From assembly GCA_951406725.2 (NCBI GenBank), contig OX597821.1, forward strand, positions 52,204,001 through 52,268,000: a DNA stretch of 64,000 nt. Reading direction: 5' to 3'. The translations under genes were made by a program, and so were the position numbers. Below are positions 23,052-36,085 of the stretch, piece by piece (the stretch's first letter is position 1; every line of letters starts with the position of its first letter). The DNA is from Octopus vulgaris. Taxonomy: Eukaryota. Below the pieces are notes generated by a model. It ran no database searches, was not told where the DNA came from, and worked only from the letters and a program-made list of their open reading frames with translations.

Positions 23052-23453
23052 GTATATCAGCATACATACTTATATGCGTAGATACATTAGAACACACACG
23101 TGCACAAACACACAGACACACGCACAAACATGTGATATGTAGGAAAATGTAGATCTCCAGTAGGGAAGAGTGGAACATTACACGAGAAGGATGATAAAAA
23201 AATATACAAATTTGATATATCAGAAGCATGTTGTATTTACTTACTGCTGAGCTTGTATTCACGAAAAATTGTAATGTCTATTCAAGATAAAAATTATGTG
23301 TTTGGTGTTTTGATATAACTAAAAGCGAAGAAAAACCAGAATGTTCGTTTAATTATAAACTATAAATGCCAAAAGCTGCCGTTTGAAAATGGTATTCAAA
23401 CACTCACAGACGTGCACACACATATATATACATACGAATATATTTGTGTACTA

Positions 23454-23498
<45 letters not shown>

Positions 23499-23665
23499 TA
23501 TGCATATATATAAATATATGTATAATTACTGTGAAGCACTGTGTAGAATATATTGTATAAAAGATCGTGGGTAAGGCCAAAACAATGCAAAGCAAATGCA
23601 AGGTAAATCATAAAAACAAACAAAATATGTGAATTAATGTAGACTTACACTGTATTCAATGTTTT

Positions 23666-24065
23666 GGAGTTATGACCCCATCCTCAATTTCGTGAGGATG
23701 GGGTCATAATCCTGATTTCATTGTTATCACTTACGTAATACTTACGTAAATGTTCGCAATTCATCAGTGTGATCGTCATAGCAAAATATAATTTGCAGAA
23801 CTATACGTCTCGTGTATAGTTCTTCAAATTATATTTTGCTATGACGATCGCACTGACGAATTGCGGATATTTACGTAAGTATTACGTAAGTGATAACAAT
23901 GAAACCGGGTTTGTGATTAATCTTTATATTTTGTAACTTTTCATTTGTCTTGCTCTCTGGCGTTTGCTGAATTTTCTTGAGAACAATTATTTTTTAGTGG
24001 TCAGACCATTATGGGATCTACCTCTAGCATAATGGATGTCCACTTAGTGGTCACCCTCTTGTGTG
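23666..24065 (+). mobile_element. HHR-bearing element with an inverted 5' duplication (91-bp-arm hairpin 23716-23904), a 17-bp hairpin at 23670-23709 and a tail into (TA)n
   Basis: Arms 23716-23806 and 23814-23904 pair with about 5 mismatches; TTATGACCCCATCCTCA/TGAGGATGGGGTCATAA is perfect. Confidence 0.75.
23846..23918 (+). ncRNA. Type I hammerhead ribozyme with extended stem II
   Basis: GATCGCA-CTGACGA-ATTG...CAAT-GAAA-CCGGG-TT/TGTGATT; the inverted arm carries the cognate CTGATGA...GAAA on the minus strand. Confidence 0.68.
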
Positions 24066-24084
24066 TATATATATATATATATCT

Positions 24085-24498
24085 TTCTCTTTCTCTTTTA
24101 CTTGTTTCAGTCATTTGACTGCGGCCATGCTGGAGCACCGCCTTTAGTTGAGCAAATCGACCCCGGGACTTATTCTTTGTAAGCCCAGTACTTATTCTAT
24201 CGGTCTCTTTTGCCGAACCGCTAAGTGACGGGGACGTAAACACACCAGCATCGGTTGTCAAGCAATGCTAGGGGGACAAACACAGACACACAAACATACA
24301 CACACGCACACTTATATATATATATATATACATATATACGACAGGCTTCTTTCAGTTTCCGTCTACCAAATGCACTCACAAGGCATTGGTCGGCCCGGGG
24401 CTATAGCAGAAGACACTTGCCCAAGATGCCACGCAGTGGACTGAACCCGGAACCATGTGGTTGGTTAGCAAGCTACTTACCACACAACCACTACTGCG

Positions 24499-24501
<3 letters not shown>
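24085..24501 (-). mobile_element. Full-length copy of an abundant tRNA-derived SINE with a central microsatellite (family A)
   Basis: Head GTGGTAAGTAGCTTGC..CCACATGGTTCCGGGTTCAGTCC; 3' part CTCCAGCATGGCCGCAGTCAAATGACTGAAAC; multiple copies in the window. Confidence 0.85.
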
Positions 24502-24596
<95 letters not shown>

Positions 24597-24796
24597 CATA
24601 CATACACCTATATACATACATACACAACCTAATGTTTGAATTCATGCCGTGAGACAATAAAATTTTCACATTAAACTGAAAGATTAGTTAATATAATTTC
24701 TTGAGAGTATATCTCTTATAAATTTGGAGAACGGTGACAATGAACTTGAACTTTCGACTTCCTACTCTGCATCACAGTATTCGAGGAAGGCTGACT

Positions 24797-25138
24797 AAGT
24801 CACCAATATTCTTGTAAATCTATACCCTCTCATTCTTTCTTTCTCTTTCTCTCTCTCTGTATGTATATTTGTATGTATGTAAATCTATAATCTCTCATTC
24901 TCTCTCTCTTACCCTATTTCTCTCTGTTTATCTATCGTTTACATCATATGTGTTTTACAAACTTTCCAGCGAATGTGAATTAATTCGTTTTATTTTGTGG
25001 TGGGAGGGAGTGGATTCTCGAAGCACAGAAAAACTTATGCTATAAAGGCTTTTTTTCAGCACTATATTTACATGCTATTATTTATCGCTTTGTGTGCTTC
25101 AAGATTCACTATTCTAGAAAAGAATTATATATACATAC

Positions 25139-25204
<66 letters not shown>

Positions 25205-25447
25205 CTCTCTCTCACTTCCTCCTCATTCACCTCACCCTCTTATACTGTCTTGTTCCTCCCCACTACTACGAAACTCTATAAAATGATCAAATTCCCCACA
25301 AAGGAATTAATTTTATTTGAAAACCCCACTAGAATGGGAGAAAGCGCTAATAATCTGAATGATATGATCTGAATGATATGAGATATATATATATGTAAAA
25401 TATGTAATATATAAATAAATATCTATAAATATGAATTACCTCATTTC

Positions 25448-25509
<62 letters not shown>

Positions 25510-26215
25510 TGTGTGTGTGTACATACATACGGTAAAAGAGGCAAATAAGGGATAATTCCACGAACACCAATCATTCGTTTTACTCTGAGAGAAACAGTGA
25601 AAATTGATTAGAATTATATTTCGGATATTTTCTTTACTTGCCATCGGGTTTAAGCTCTAAGCTCTATGCTCATCGTTAGCATTTCAACCACGACCACCGA
25701 CTTTTCGTTCTTAGTTTTACTTCGTTGTCCGCCATCATTTCCCACTCTAAACCCGATGGCAAGTAAAGAAACTATCCGAGATGACATTTTAATCAATTCT
25801 CACAGTTTTTCTGAGTGGAAAACAAATGAGTGGTGTTCGTGAAATTATCTCTTATTTGCCTCTTTTACCGTATGTATGAACTTTATATATATATAATTCT
25901 TTCCCAGAACAGTGAATCTTGAAGCACACAAAGTGATAAATAATAACATGTAAATATAGTGTTGAAAAACCCTCTATAAGATAAGGTTTTTGTGCTTCGA
26001 GCATCCACTCCCTTCCACCACAAAAACAAAAGAAAAACGAATTAATCCACATTCGCTGGAAAGTTTGTAAAACACACATGACGTAAACGGTTGATAGATA
26101 GATAGATAGATAGATAGAGGGAGAGAGAGAGAGAGAGAGAGAAATAAGGAAAGAGAGAGAGAATGAGAGATTATAGATTTACATACATACATACATTGTA
26201 GCATATTGGTGCCTT
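24797..26215. mobile_element. Long foldback/MITE-like element: outer arms about 24797-25135 and 25885-26215, inner arms 25522-25652 and 25748-25878
   Basis: Inverted similarity read directly (e.g. GTGTTTTACAAACTTTCCAGCGAATGTG; CATACATACGGTAAAAGAGGCAAATAAG). Confidence 0.8.
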
Positions 26216-26230
26216 GTTGTACCACTTAAC

Positions 26231-26271
<41 letters not shown>

Positions 26272-26665
26272 GCATATGTGTATGTGTGTATATGTGTATG
26301 TGTGTGTGTGTGTAATTTGTGTGTATAGTGTTGGAGCGTGGTTTCTGAAAAGTGGTGTAAGAAGTACTGCATGGCAAAAAGCAAAAAACAAACAAACACA
26401 AGAAAAAACACCCTCCATTATGTCTGTAGCAGAAGTAATCCTGTGATCTATTTTATGTGTTATAGGAGAAAGGAAATAAAAAGAAAAAAAATACAATACA
26501 CTTATTCAATACCTAGACACTCTTGAATATCGATTGTTTAGCCAATATATTTGCTATTGAATAGTTTACTATCACCAAATGACATCTATGACACATACTA
26601 TAATGTTGCCTATGTTAAAGCATAATGTATTCCCCACCTCTTAGTTATTTTATTGTTCCTTTCAG

Positions 26666-26677
26666 AAGATATCTAAG
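26666..26677 (+). other. Candidate 12-nt microexon (AAGATATCTAAG)
   Basis: ttattttattgttcctttcag|AAGATATCTAAG|gtgagt: strong acceptor, consensus donor, frame-preserving length. Confidence 0.4.
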
Positions 26678-26799
26678 GTGAGTTCAAGTTGTAGTAGCAG
26701 CATCGGAACAGTGTGTAAGTATTGGAAACAATACGTCAGCGAACGGTTAGTGCATTTGGATATGCGCTTGAATAATTTATGTGTTATCATAATAAAAAT

Positions 26800-27575
26800 A
26801 ATCCTTTCTACTATAGGCAGAAGATCTGAATTTTGTGTAGAAGGGGCGGCCCTAGTTAATTACATCGACTTCAGTTATCAGCTGGTACTTACTTTATCGA
26901 CCCCGAAAAGATGAAAGGCAAAGCTGCTCGGCGGAATTTAAAGTCACAAGTTAGAGAAGGAGGAAATGATGCTATACATTTTGTTCTGCATATCCTACAA
27001 GCTTATCACCAGATATCTTGATAGTTCTCACTATTATAGAGAAAAGGCCTAAAATTTGGGGGAGTGGGGGCTAATTGATACCTCGAACCTAGTGCTCAAC
27101 TGGTACAAGGCCAGCAATTTCGGGGTAGGGACTATGTCGGATACATCGACCCAAGTGCTCAACTGGCACTTACTTTATCTACCCAAAAAGATGAAAGGCA
27201 AATTCGACCTCAGTGAAATTTGAACTCAGAACGTAAAGAAGGACGAAAGGCCGCTAAGCATTTTGCCTAGCGTGCTAAGGATTCTGTTAGATCACCGCCT
27301 TAATAATAATAATAATAATAATAATAACAATAATAATGATGATGATAATAACGATGAAAATTGTAATAATCCTTTCTACTAAAGACACAATGCCTGAAGT
27401 GTTGTGGGGAGGGGACTAGTCGATTAAATTGACCCTAATGTTTCACTTGTAATTAAAGTATTGACTCTGAAAGGATGAAATGAAAAGTCGATCACGGTGG
27501 AATGTGAACTCAGAACGTAAAGACGGACGAAATGCTGCGATATATTTCGCCCGGCGTGCTAACGATTCTGCCAAA
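26800..27575 (-). mobile_element. Cluster of about 3 family B SINEs
   Basis: Reverse complement of the same core. Confidence 0.75.
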
Positions 27576-27954
27576 TAACAATAGTTTATAATGTTGGCGA
27601 AAAGCCATACATCTCGAAATCGAAAACTTGTCCCTAGTGTGAATACTAATCAGGGACCAATTAAAACTGAAAGACACAAGTCAACTGCATCGATATTTTA
27701 TTTATTTTCAATAATCAATATTTGCATGAATCCCGTTTTCAATAAATATTCATTAATATAGTTTAATTGACTATTTTGGCCAGTGTTGGGAGTAACAACC
27801 ATCTCTGCATGAGTCTGGGATAGAGCGGAAGCAGCCATCTCATTTTAGTCATCACTACATTAAGGTGAAGGGTACTAAGTAGGCAATTCTGAAAACCGTG
27901 AATCGTTTAATGAATCTTGGCGGGATAAATGAGAAGGAAATAGAAGATATAAAG

Positions 27955-28495
27955 AAGACATAGATCAAGACTGTTAGAGATCGGAACTTTTGCATATCTA
28001 CGACATAGATACACAGTAGAAATAATAGGAATGGGAAGAAGAAAAAAGAAATAATACGAGAATAGCCTGATCAGAATAGGAATAATTGTCATGGTCAAAA
28101 TTGGGAGACAGGAAAAAATCAGAAAGACAGAGATGGATATATATATATATATATATATACAGAGAGAGACAGAGAAAGGGGAGGGAGAGAGAAGGAGTGA
28201 GAGGAAGAGAGAGAATAAATTTACTACCCAGACATAGCAATTAATTTCGAAAGTCAAGGTTTGTAGAGACTATATTTAATAAATATTCATTGATACAAAT
28301 AGAAAAGAATACAAGATATAGCAGATAGAGATCAAGACAGTTTGAGATCAGAGATTCTGCAAATCTACAACCAAAAAAAAAAATATACAGTATCAACAGT
28401 AAAAAATAATAGGAATGACAAGGGAGGAGAAATAAGATGAGAATAGGCTGACCAGAATAGCAAATATTGTCATGGGAAAAGTCAGAAAAATGGAA
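27955..28495 (+). repeat. Old direct repeat (about 170-bp similar blocks, period about 365 bp)
   Basis: AGATCAAGAC.GTT.GAGATC, ATAATAGGAATG, GAGAATAG.CTGA.CAGAATAG and ATTGTCATGG occur in both blocks. Confidence 0.7.
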
Positions 28496-28646
28496 AAATA
28501 AAGTATTTTGAATCCTGTCTGCTGACTAAATTGTTCTAAAAAAATAAAAATGCAAAAATAGTTCAATGATTATTAGGAACAAGATATTTCTCTTGCATGA
28601 ATTTGTAGGATTAGTAAAAATAGATATCATTATTAAGATAGTAAAA

Positions 28647-29460
28647 GGCGGCAAGCTTGCAGAAACGTTAGCACGCCGGGCGAAATGCTTTGCGGTATTT
28701 CGTCTGCCGTTACGTTCTGAGTTCAAATTCCGCCGAGGTCGACTTTGCCTTTCATCCTTTCGGGGTGGATGAATTAAGCACCAGTTACGCACTGGGGTCG
28801 ATGTAATCGACTTAATCCATTTGTCTGTCCTTATTTGTCCTTTCTGTGTTTTGCCCCTTGTGGGTAGTAAAGAAATAGAAATAGGTATTTCGCCCGTCGC
28901 TACGTTTTGAGTTAAAATTCTGCCGAAGTCGACTTTGCCTTTCAGCCTTTCGAGATCGATAAAATAAGTACCAGTGAAACACTGGGGTAGATGTAATCGA
29001 CTAGTCGCCTTCCCTAAAATTTCAGACCTTGTGCCTATTAGTAGAAAGGATTACTAAAACAGAAAATGGCGGTTAACTGGCCCGCTGGACGAAATGCTTA
29101 GCGGTATTTCGCCCGTCGCAACATTCTGAGTTCAAATTCCACAGAGATCGACTTTGCCTTTCATCCTTTCAGGATCAATAAATTGAGTACCAGGGAAACA
29201 CTGGGATCGTTGTAATCGACTACTCCCCTTCCCCCCACCAAATTTCAGGTATTGTGCTTTTAGTAGAAAGGTTTATTAAGACAGAAACAGACGGCGAGCT
29301 GACAGAATTGTTAGCACGCAAGGTAAATTGCTTAGCGTTAATTCATCCGTTTTTACATTCCGAGTTCAAATTCCGCTGAGATCGACTTTGTCGTTCTTCC
29401 TTCCGGGGTCGATACAATGAGTACCAGTTGAGTACTGGGGTGATGTGACTGACTTACCCC
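28647..29460 (+). mobile_element. Head-to-tail cluster of about 4 family B SINEs
   Basis: Repeated GAGTTCAAATTCCGCCGAGGTCGACTTTGCCTTTCATCCTTTCGGGGTCGATAAA..AGTACCAG core (B-box plus a core resembling the Nin/Deu-type domain; from memory, unverified). Confidence 0.8.
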
Positions 29461-29584
29461 CTCATACATACACTTCATTCTATCACTCTCGTCATTGAGT
29501 TACAAGTAGCACTCATTTCTCGTTGTCTTCTTGTTCTATCTTTACTTATTCCTCATAATGTATATGTATTGCCTGCATTATCTC

Positions 29585-29750
29585 TTACCTTTTACTCACT
29601 TTAGTCATTAGAAAAACTGGGGCACTGCCTTGTAGGGTTAAGTCGAATAAATCATCCCTAAAACTATTTTTGCTTTCAGAAACTTTAAGTTACGGGGACG
29701 TAAACAAATCAACACCGGTTGTCAAGCGGTGGTGGAAAAGTAACACAATG

Positions 29751-29782
<32 letters not shown>

Positions 29783-30012
29783 ACACGCATTACATGTTTC
29801 GGTTGTTCGACTGCAGCATTGCTGGGGTACCGACTTGAAAGGCTTAGTTGAAAAAATCGTCCCACTTGTTTTTTCGCGAAGTCTGATACTTATTTTATCG
29901 GTTTCTGTTGTTGAATCGCAAAGTTAGTAAGGAAAGCAACACGTGCTGTTAACCGGTGGAGGCAGGAGGCAAACATAAGCACAATGTCACACATACATAG
30001 ATTATGCATATA

Positions 30013-30069
<57 letters not shown>

Positions 30070-30270
30070 TATATATTTGTGCGTGCGTGTATGTGAGTAT
30101 GTATTATGAAGGTGTGTGTTTGTGTGTAAGAGGGCTTCTTTTAGTTTTCCTCAACCAAGGCTTCGGTCGGTCCCGGGTCTCTAGTAGAAGACTGTTAGTC
30201 AAGGAGCTACTCAGTCAGACTGAACCCGAAACCACGTAGTTAGGAAGTAAACTTCTTTACCACACAGCCA
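29585..30270 (-). mobile_element. Family A SINE fragments, old
   Basis: Patchy similarity (ACGGGGACGTAAAC, CACCGGTTGTCAAGCG, ACCACACAGCCA). Confidence 0.6.
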
Positions 30271-32279
30271 AGCTAGCCCCTAACCTTTATTGCAGAACAC
30301 TTTTCTCTCCCTCTTCCCTTTTCTCACTGTTCCTGTCTCCCACTTACTTACTCTGTTTGTCTGTCAGTCTGTCTATTTCTGTCTTTTCTCATCTCACTCT
30401 CAGATGAAAATACTAGATAGAAATTGCGGTATCTTTATCTTTCCACACCAAATAATCTGACCAAAAACCACAATCTTCACTAAGGTTTTGCAACAGTTAA
30501 TAATATGACACTACAACTTTAACACTGGATATTCCACATGCCTCGGCAATTCCACTGCATTCCTTCTATCACTTTTTCCCAATAATACAAGTCTTACCGA
30601 TGCAGACCAACACTGGTCTTCATGGATTCTATTTCATCTTAAATTATTTAAGAGAAACCAAATCAACACTAATACCGAGCATAGATCTGTCTCATATATA
30701 TATAACATCTGTTGTTCTATTCTTTCTAACATGCTGTCTCTCCATTTTCTCCTTTCTGCCTCTCCTTTCTCTCTATTCCCTCACTCTCTGCACACTCACA
30801 AACACACACACGCACGCACACGCAGACGCGAACACACACACATCACGTATACATATATGTATGTATACATGTATGTATGTATTATGTATATATGTATGTA
30901 TATATGTAACGCGATATAGTTATTTTTTCCTCAGTGTTTTCCAGTCTATCTCGGTAAATCTGTGTCTTGTCTTTCTCTCTCACCTTTAAAAGTAATATAT
31001 TTTTCCTATATAGCCATTTAGATTTCGAACTATTATATCAAATAGGATTCATATAACGTAATCAAAGATATCCTTACCACTATACGTATGTATGTATGTT
31101 TATATGCGTATATGTATGTGTGTATGTGGTGTGTATGTGTTAGTGTGTATCCGTGTATGAACATGAACATCGACGTTTTTGCAACACTCCATTTTGATTC
31201 TGGTTCCTAATATCTGGAGGCATCCTTTCTAAAAGATATGCATGTCAAACTAATTAGTTTTCGCACGTAAAAAAGACAATACGCAAAGAAAGCAGATATA
31301 AATATTCAGATTTATATATTCTCAATAGATTGAATATCATATGCTTCAAATATTCGACTTTCTTCCTTGCTATAATCAATAATCATGGCACATGTTGTCT
31401 CACAGTATATTCTCACACTCACACAATCAGTTCTCGAATATCCCTCGGGAGGGTCAGTGACGTTTGATGGGGCTTAGAAGTATTACAGAATTTGTGAGAT
31501 TTTTTAATCCCAGTTGATTTCAAATGTCCCTATATTTTCACCTCTGTTTTACAGTATGGTTATATCACAAGGCATTTTTTATTGCATTCTGGAGACCGGA
31601 AAATATTTCCACGCGTGCCATTCAATTTATATGCGTATGCAACTGTGTGCATGACAGAAACAAAATTTGTAGGCGTGATATATACACACACGCGCGAACG
31701 CTTTTACACACTTAAATATATACATAGGTAATATATACATAGGTAATATGAAGCATTTATGAAAAAAATATTGAATATAGAAACGTGATTATGTATATCA
31801 AATATACTGATTTACACCAAAAAAATGTTTAGATATATTTACATATATTATAAGACTTCAACGACTTCAAGATTTAATAGAAAGACAAGCAACAACTAAC
31901 CCACAGAAATTACTGGTAATGTAGAAAGGAAATCAAATGTTCTTATTACCAATGTTTTTAACAATATGTTACCATCGTTTCCTGTTCGTGACATCACTAT
32001 ACGAACACCTCCAAAGCAGATTAAAAAACTCGAATACGTAGTTCTGAAGTATTTAATTTACCACTTTATTGAACATGTTGTCATATGTTTAGTCAAGCTG
32101 GAGGGTAATGAAATGGATACAAATGACTAATTCAACCCATGTTTCTTTCTCTGAGTGTATGCATGTATAATACGATTTTTTGTCTGGTTCCAAAACTGTA
32201 AATTAATATCCATGAAGTAGTCGATGATATTCTGCTTTTATATCTTAATAATCGTTTGTAGAAGAGCTGTAGAAGAGGG

Positions 32280-33270
32280 AAAGGAGGAAGGTCGATTATA
32301 ATGACCGCAGTGCTCAACTGGTACTTATTTCGTCGCCACCGAAATGATGAAAAGCAAAGTTGGCCTCGGTGGAGTTTGAACTCAGAAGGCGGACGAAATG
32401 CGGTTCAGTATTTTGTTCGGAGTGCTCATGATTCTACTGACTCGCCGCCTTTAGGGCAACACGAATAATAATCCTATCTTCTAAAAGAACAAGGCCTCAA
32501 TTTTTGGGGGTCGGTACTAGTCAACTCCAGCGCTCAATTTATTGGGCCCCGAAGGGTTGAATTTGGGAAGGGGATGGAAGTCAAAACCAATCTCGGATGA
32601 ATTTGAACTCAGAACATAAAGACGGATTAAAAGCCGCTATTCATTTTGTCTGGTATGCTAACGATGCAGCCAGCTTGTCACCTAAGCTATAATAATGCTT
32701 TCAAATTTTGGCACCAGGCTAGAGTTTTTGAGAAAACAGGGTTGGTAAATTACATAACCTCATTACTTGACTGGTATTTTATTTTATTGAGCAGGGAAGA
32801 AGGAAAGACAGTATTAACCTCGGAGGCATTTGAAGTGAGGATTTAAAGAGCCAGAAGAAAAGCCACTATGCGCTTTTGTCCGGTGCGGTAACGATTCTAC
32901 CAGCTCGCCTCCTTTTTCAATTTTAGCACAAAGTCGGCAATTTCGGGAGAGGCGGTAAGTCGATTACATCGCCCTGGTACTCAACTGGTACTTACTTTAT
33001 CAACCCCCAAAGGATAAAAGACAAAGTCGACCTGAGCGGAATTTGAACTCAGGACGTAAACACGGACAAAATTCCGCTAAACATTATGCCCAGTGTATTA
33101 AAGGTTCTGCCAGCTCGCCGCTTTTTAATAATGATAAAAATCCTTTGTTCTATTGGCACAAAGTTTGAAATTTTAAGGAAAGGGACTAGTCAATTGCATC
33201 GACCTAGTGCTTGACTAGTACTTATTTTATCCACACCGGCAGCATTTGAACTCAGAATGTAAAGCCGGAA
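32280..33270 (-). mobile_element. Cluster of about 5 family B SINEs
   Basis: Repeated TTTGAACTCAGAA / CAACTGGTACTTA / TTCTGCCAGCTCGCC motifs. Confidence 0.75.
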
Positions 33271-33303
33271 GGAATTAATAATAATAATAATAATAATAAT
33301 AAT

Positions 33304-33906
33304 GACTGGTGGGAACACAAACCACCTCCAGTGCTTGAAAATGACCACATCTCACTCCTCTGGAATTCACCAATCAAACTGACAGAAAGATACATTCGAA
33401 TAGGCCAGGCATCATAGTAAAAGACTTCAGACAAAAAACCATGCCTCCTCATTGATATGACTGTCCCAATCGATAGAAACGTATCTGTCAAGACCTACCA
33501 GAAACTGAGCAAATATAAAGATCTGGAAATAGAAATCAGCAAAATCTGGAACCTGAATACTAAGACAATACCTGTTGTCATAGGTGCCCTGGAAATGATA
33601 GCAAAAGGGGATGATTGCTACCTAACTCAGATACCAGCAAACCCCAAAATGGCATAAATTCAAAAGATAGTGCTCATGGGAACTGCTCATATCCTACGCA
33701 AAATACTTTCTATGTAATCTCAAGTTTTAAAACAAATAATTTTCGTATGGTTTTTTAGGCATTCATTAGTACAACACTAAATACAAGACCAAATATATGG
33801 CACCCTAGGCATAACACCAACATGAACTTCCAACTTGTTGTCTCTTGAGGTGTCTGGGTGAGACTTGGAGCCAGCTTGTGCAAATGTAAAGTAAAAGTCA
33901 AACATA

Positions 33907-33907
<1 letters not shown>
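33304..33907 (+). mobile_element. 3' fragment of an RLE-type non-LTR retrotransposon (R4/Dong-like) in (TAA)n
   Basis: W.EHKPPPVLEN..I.LLW, then LLIDMTVPIDRNV..K...KLSKYKDL.IEI...W......IPVVIGAL..., IQKIVLMGTAHILRKIL*; (AAT)n on both sides; frameshifts and a stop. Confidence 0.85.
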
Positions 33908-33976
<69 letters not shown>

Positions 33977-33977
<1 letters not shown>

Positions 33978-34345
33978 GCACTCAGAGAGTACAAACTTCC
34001 GCCAAGGCAACACCAACATCCTCTCAACGATTAGCCATAAGTAATTTTTAGAACGAGAATATCTGAAATAAGTTCCACTGCTCTCACAAACGAGAATACT
34101 AAAAATGAACCCTTCCGCTCTCAAAAATTATGTAAAAAAAAAAAACCGGAAAAATAATCCAGAATCCTTGTCCGGTACCGGATCGATCCCAAAATCTAAG
34201 TTCGTGCCAGTCACGAGCCAAATATCTCGGAAGGTTCCATCCGAATTCATCCAGCGGTTCTTGAGATATCTTGTCCATGGACAACAAACAAACAAACAAA
34301 TGCAACTGAAACAATACCTCTGCCTTCGCTAAGGCGGAAGTAATA
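33977..34345 (+). mobile_element. Helentron-associated (HINE/DINE-like) non-autonomous element
   Basis: Subterminal ACTTCCGCCAAGG near the 5' end, complementary to GGCGGAAGT in the 3' hairpin TACCTCTGCCTT-cgct-AAGGCGGAAGTA; (CAAA)n microsatellite before it. Family call from general architecture. Confidence 0.6.
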
Positions 34346-34990
34346 AGAATAAAAATAATAAACAATATAAATACTAGATAATACTGGGCAGAGTTAATAA
34401 AAGCTTTAAAGAAAGTTTGAAAGATCTCTCCGGAAATTAATGTCAGAAAGCTTTCCCCAAATGAGCTCAGAAACGAATGTTTATTAGGTGTGAGATAAAG
34501 AAGTTGAACGCTTTTTTTTAAAATCGAAATTATAACGAGATGTAACGGTATAATACGGCACAGAGAAATAAATAGAGGATTGTTGCTAAACTGTTTTGGT
34601 GAATTACGTGTAGACGTCAGTGGTATTGTCTCGTTTTTTTTTCTTTAACGACCAAATATATTGATTTCGTATATAGGTAGAAATTCCGTTTATGTGTTAA
34701 TGCTCGTGTGTTTGTGCGTTTTTGTGTAAGAGAGGGAAAGAGAGAGAAAGAGGACCAGGAGAGAGAGCAAGGAGAAAGAGAGGGAAAGAGATGAAGAGAG
34801 TGGGAGTGGAGAGAGCGGGTGAGAAATGGAGGGAGAGATATGTGTGTGTGTTAGAGAAAGAGAAAGAAAAGAAAAGAGAAGGAAAGGAAAAGGAGAAAAC
34901 TGGTAGAATGAAAGAAATTGAGGAGTAAATAGAAAAGAAGGGACAAAAATATATATATAAAGATATAATTAAAAGCTTCACTGGAAAGCA

Positions 34991-35034
<44 letters not shown>

Positions 35035-35480
35035 GGATACACATACACACACACATAAAGAAATAAGATGAGAAAAAGTTAAAGAGAATAGTTCAGAGCA
35101 TGCGTATTTGTAGACGTTACTGATTTCTATCTGCTGTGAAATGAACTTCCGTTTGTAATAGATCTTCGAAAGGTAAATTTGACATGTCTGGATCCCTCAG
35201 CGTTAGCGTGATATATGCTGACATATTGCAAAATGGTACACTGAATCAAAACATACGAAGAAACTAATGCGCTGTCAAATGTAAATATTTTGAATGGGCA
35301 ATGGGGAATAATGTATAATTGGCATTAGAATTATTAATTACAAAACGCATACGATTCTACGAATCCGGTTGACGACAAGATTTGATATTGTCCACCTTTG
35401 TGTATTATTATGTTTATGAGTATTTTGGCATGCTTTCTTGATTTGACTATTTATTATTATTATTATTTATTATTATTAAG

Positions 35481-36085
35481 ACGGCGAGCTGGCAGAATCG
35501 ATAGCGCGCTGGACGAAATGCTTAGCGCTATTTCGCCCGTCACTACGTTCCGAGTTCAAATTCCGCCGAGGTCAACTTTGTCTTTGATCCTTTAGGGGTC
35601 CATAAATTAAGCACCAGTGAAACACTATGGTCCATGTAATCGACTAGTCCCCTCTCACCAAAATTTCAGACCTTGTGCCTTTAGTAGAAATAATAATAAT
35701 AATTATTATTTCTTTTTAAGGTGGTGAGCTGGCTGGATCGTTAGCACGCTGGGCGAAATACTCAGCAGTATTTTGTCTGCCGCTACGCACTGAGTTCAAA
35801 TTCCGCCGAGGTCAGCTTTGCATTTCATCCTTTTGGGGTCGATAAATTAAGTACCAGTGAAACACTGAGGCGATGTAATCAACTTATCGCCTCACCCAAA
35901 TTGGCTGCCTTTGTGGCAAAATTTGAAACCATTATTATTATTATTGTTGTTGTTCCACCGAGCTCTTTTTCGCCTTGCACCCTTTCATGATCGATAAAAT
36001 AAATAATCAGTCAAGTATTGGGATCGATGTAATCGACATGGTTCCTTCCCCCAGAAATTTCTGTTTTTTGCCAAAATTTGAAACC
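35481..36085 (+). mobile_element. Cluster of about 3 family B SINEs
   Basis: Same core as 28647-29460. Confidence 0.78.
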
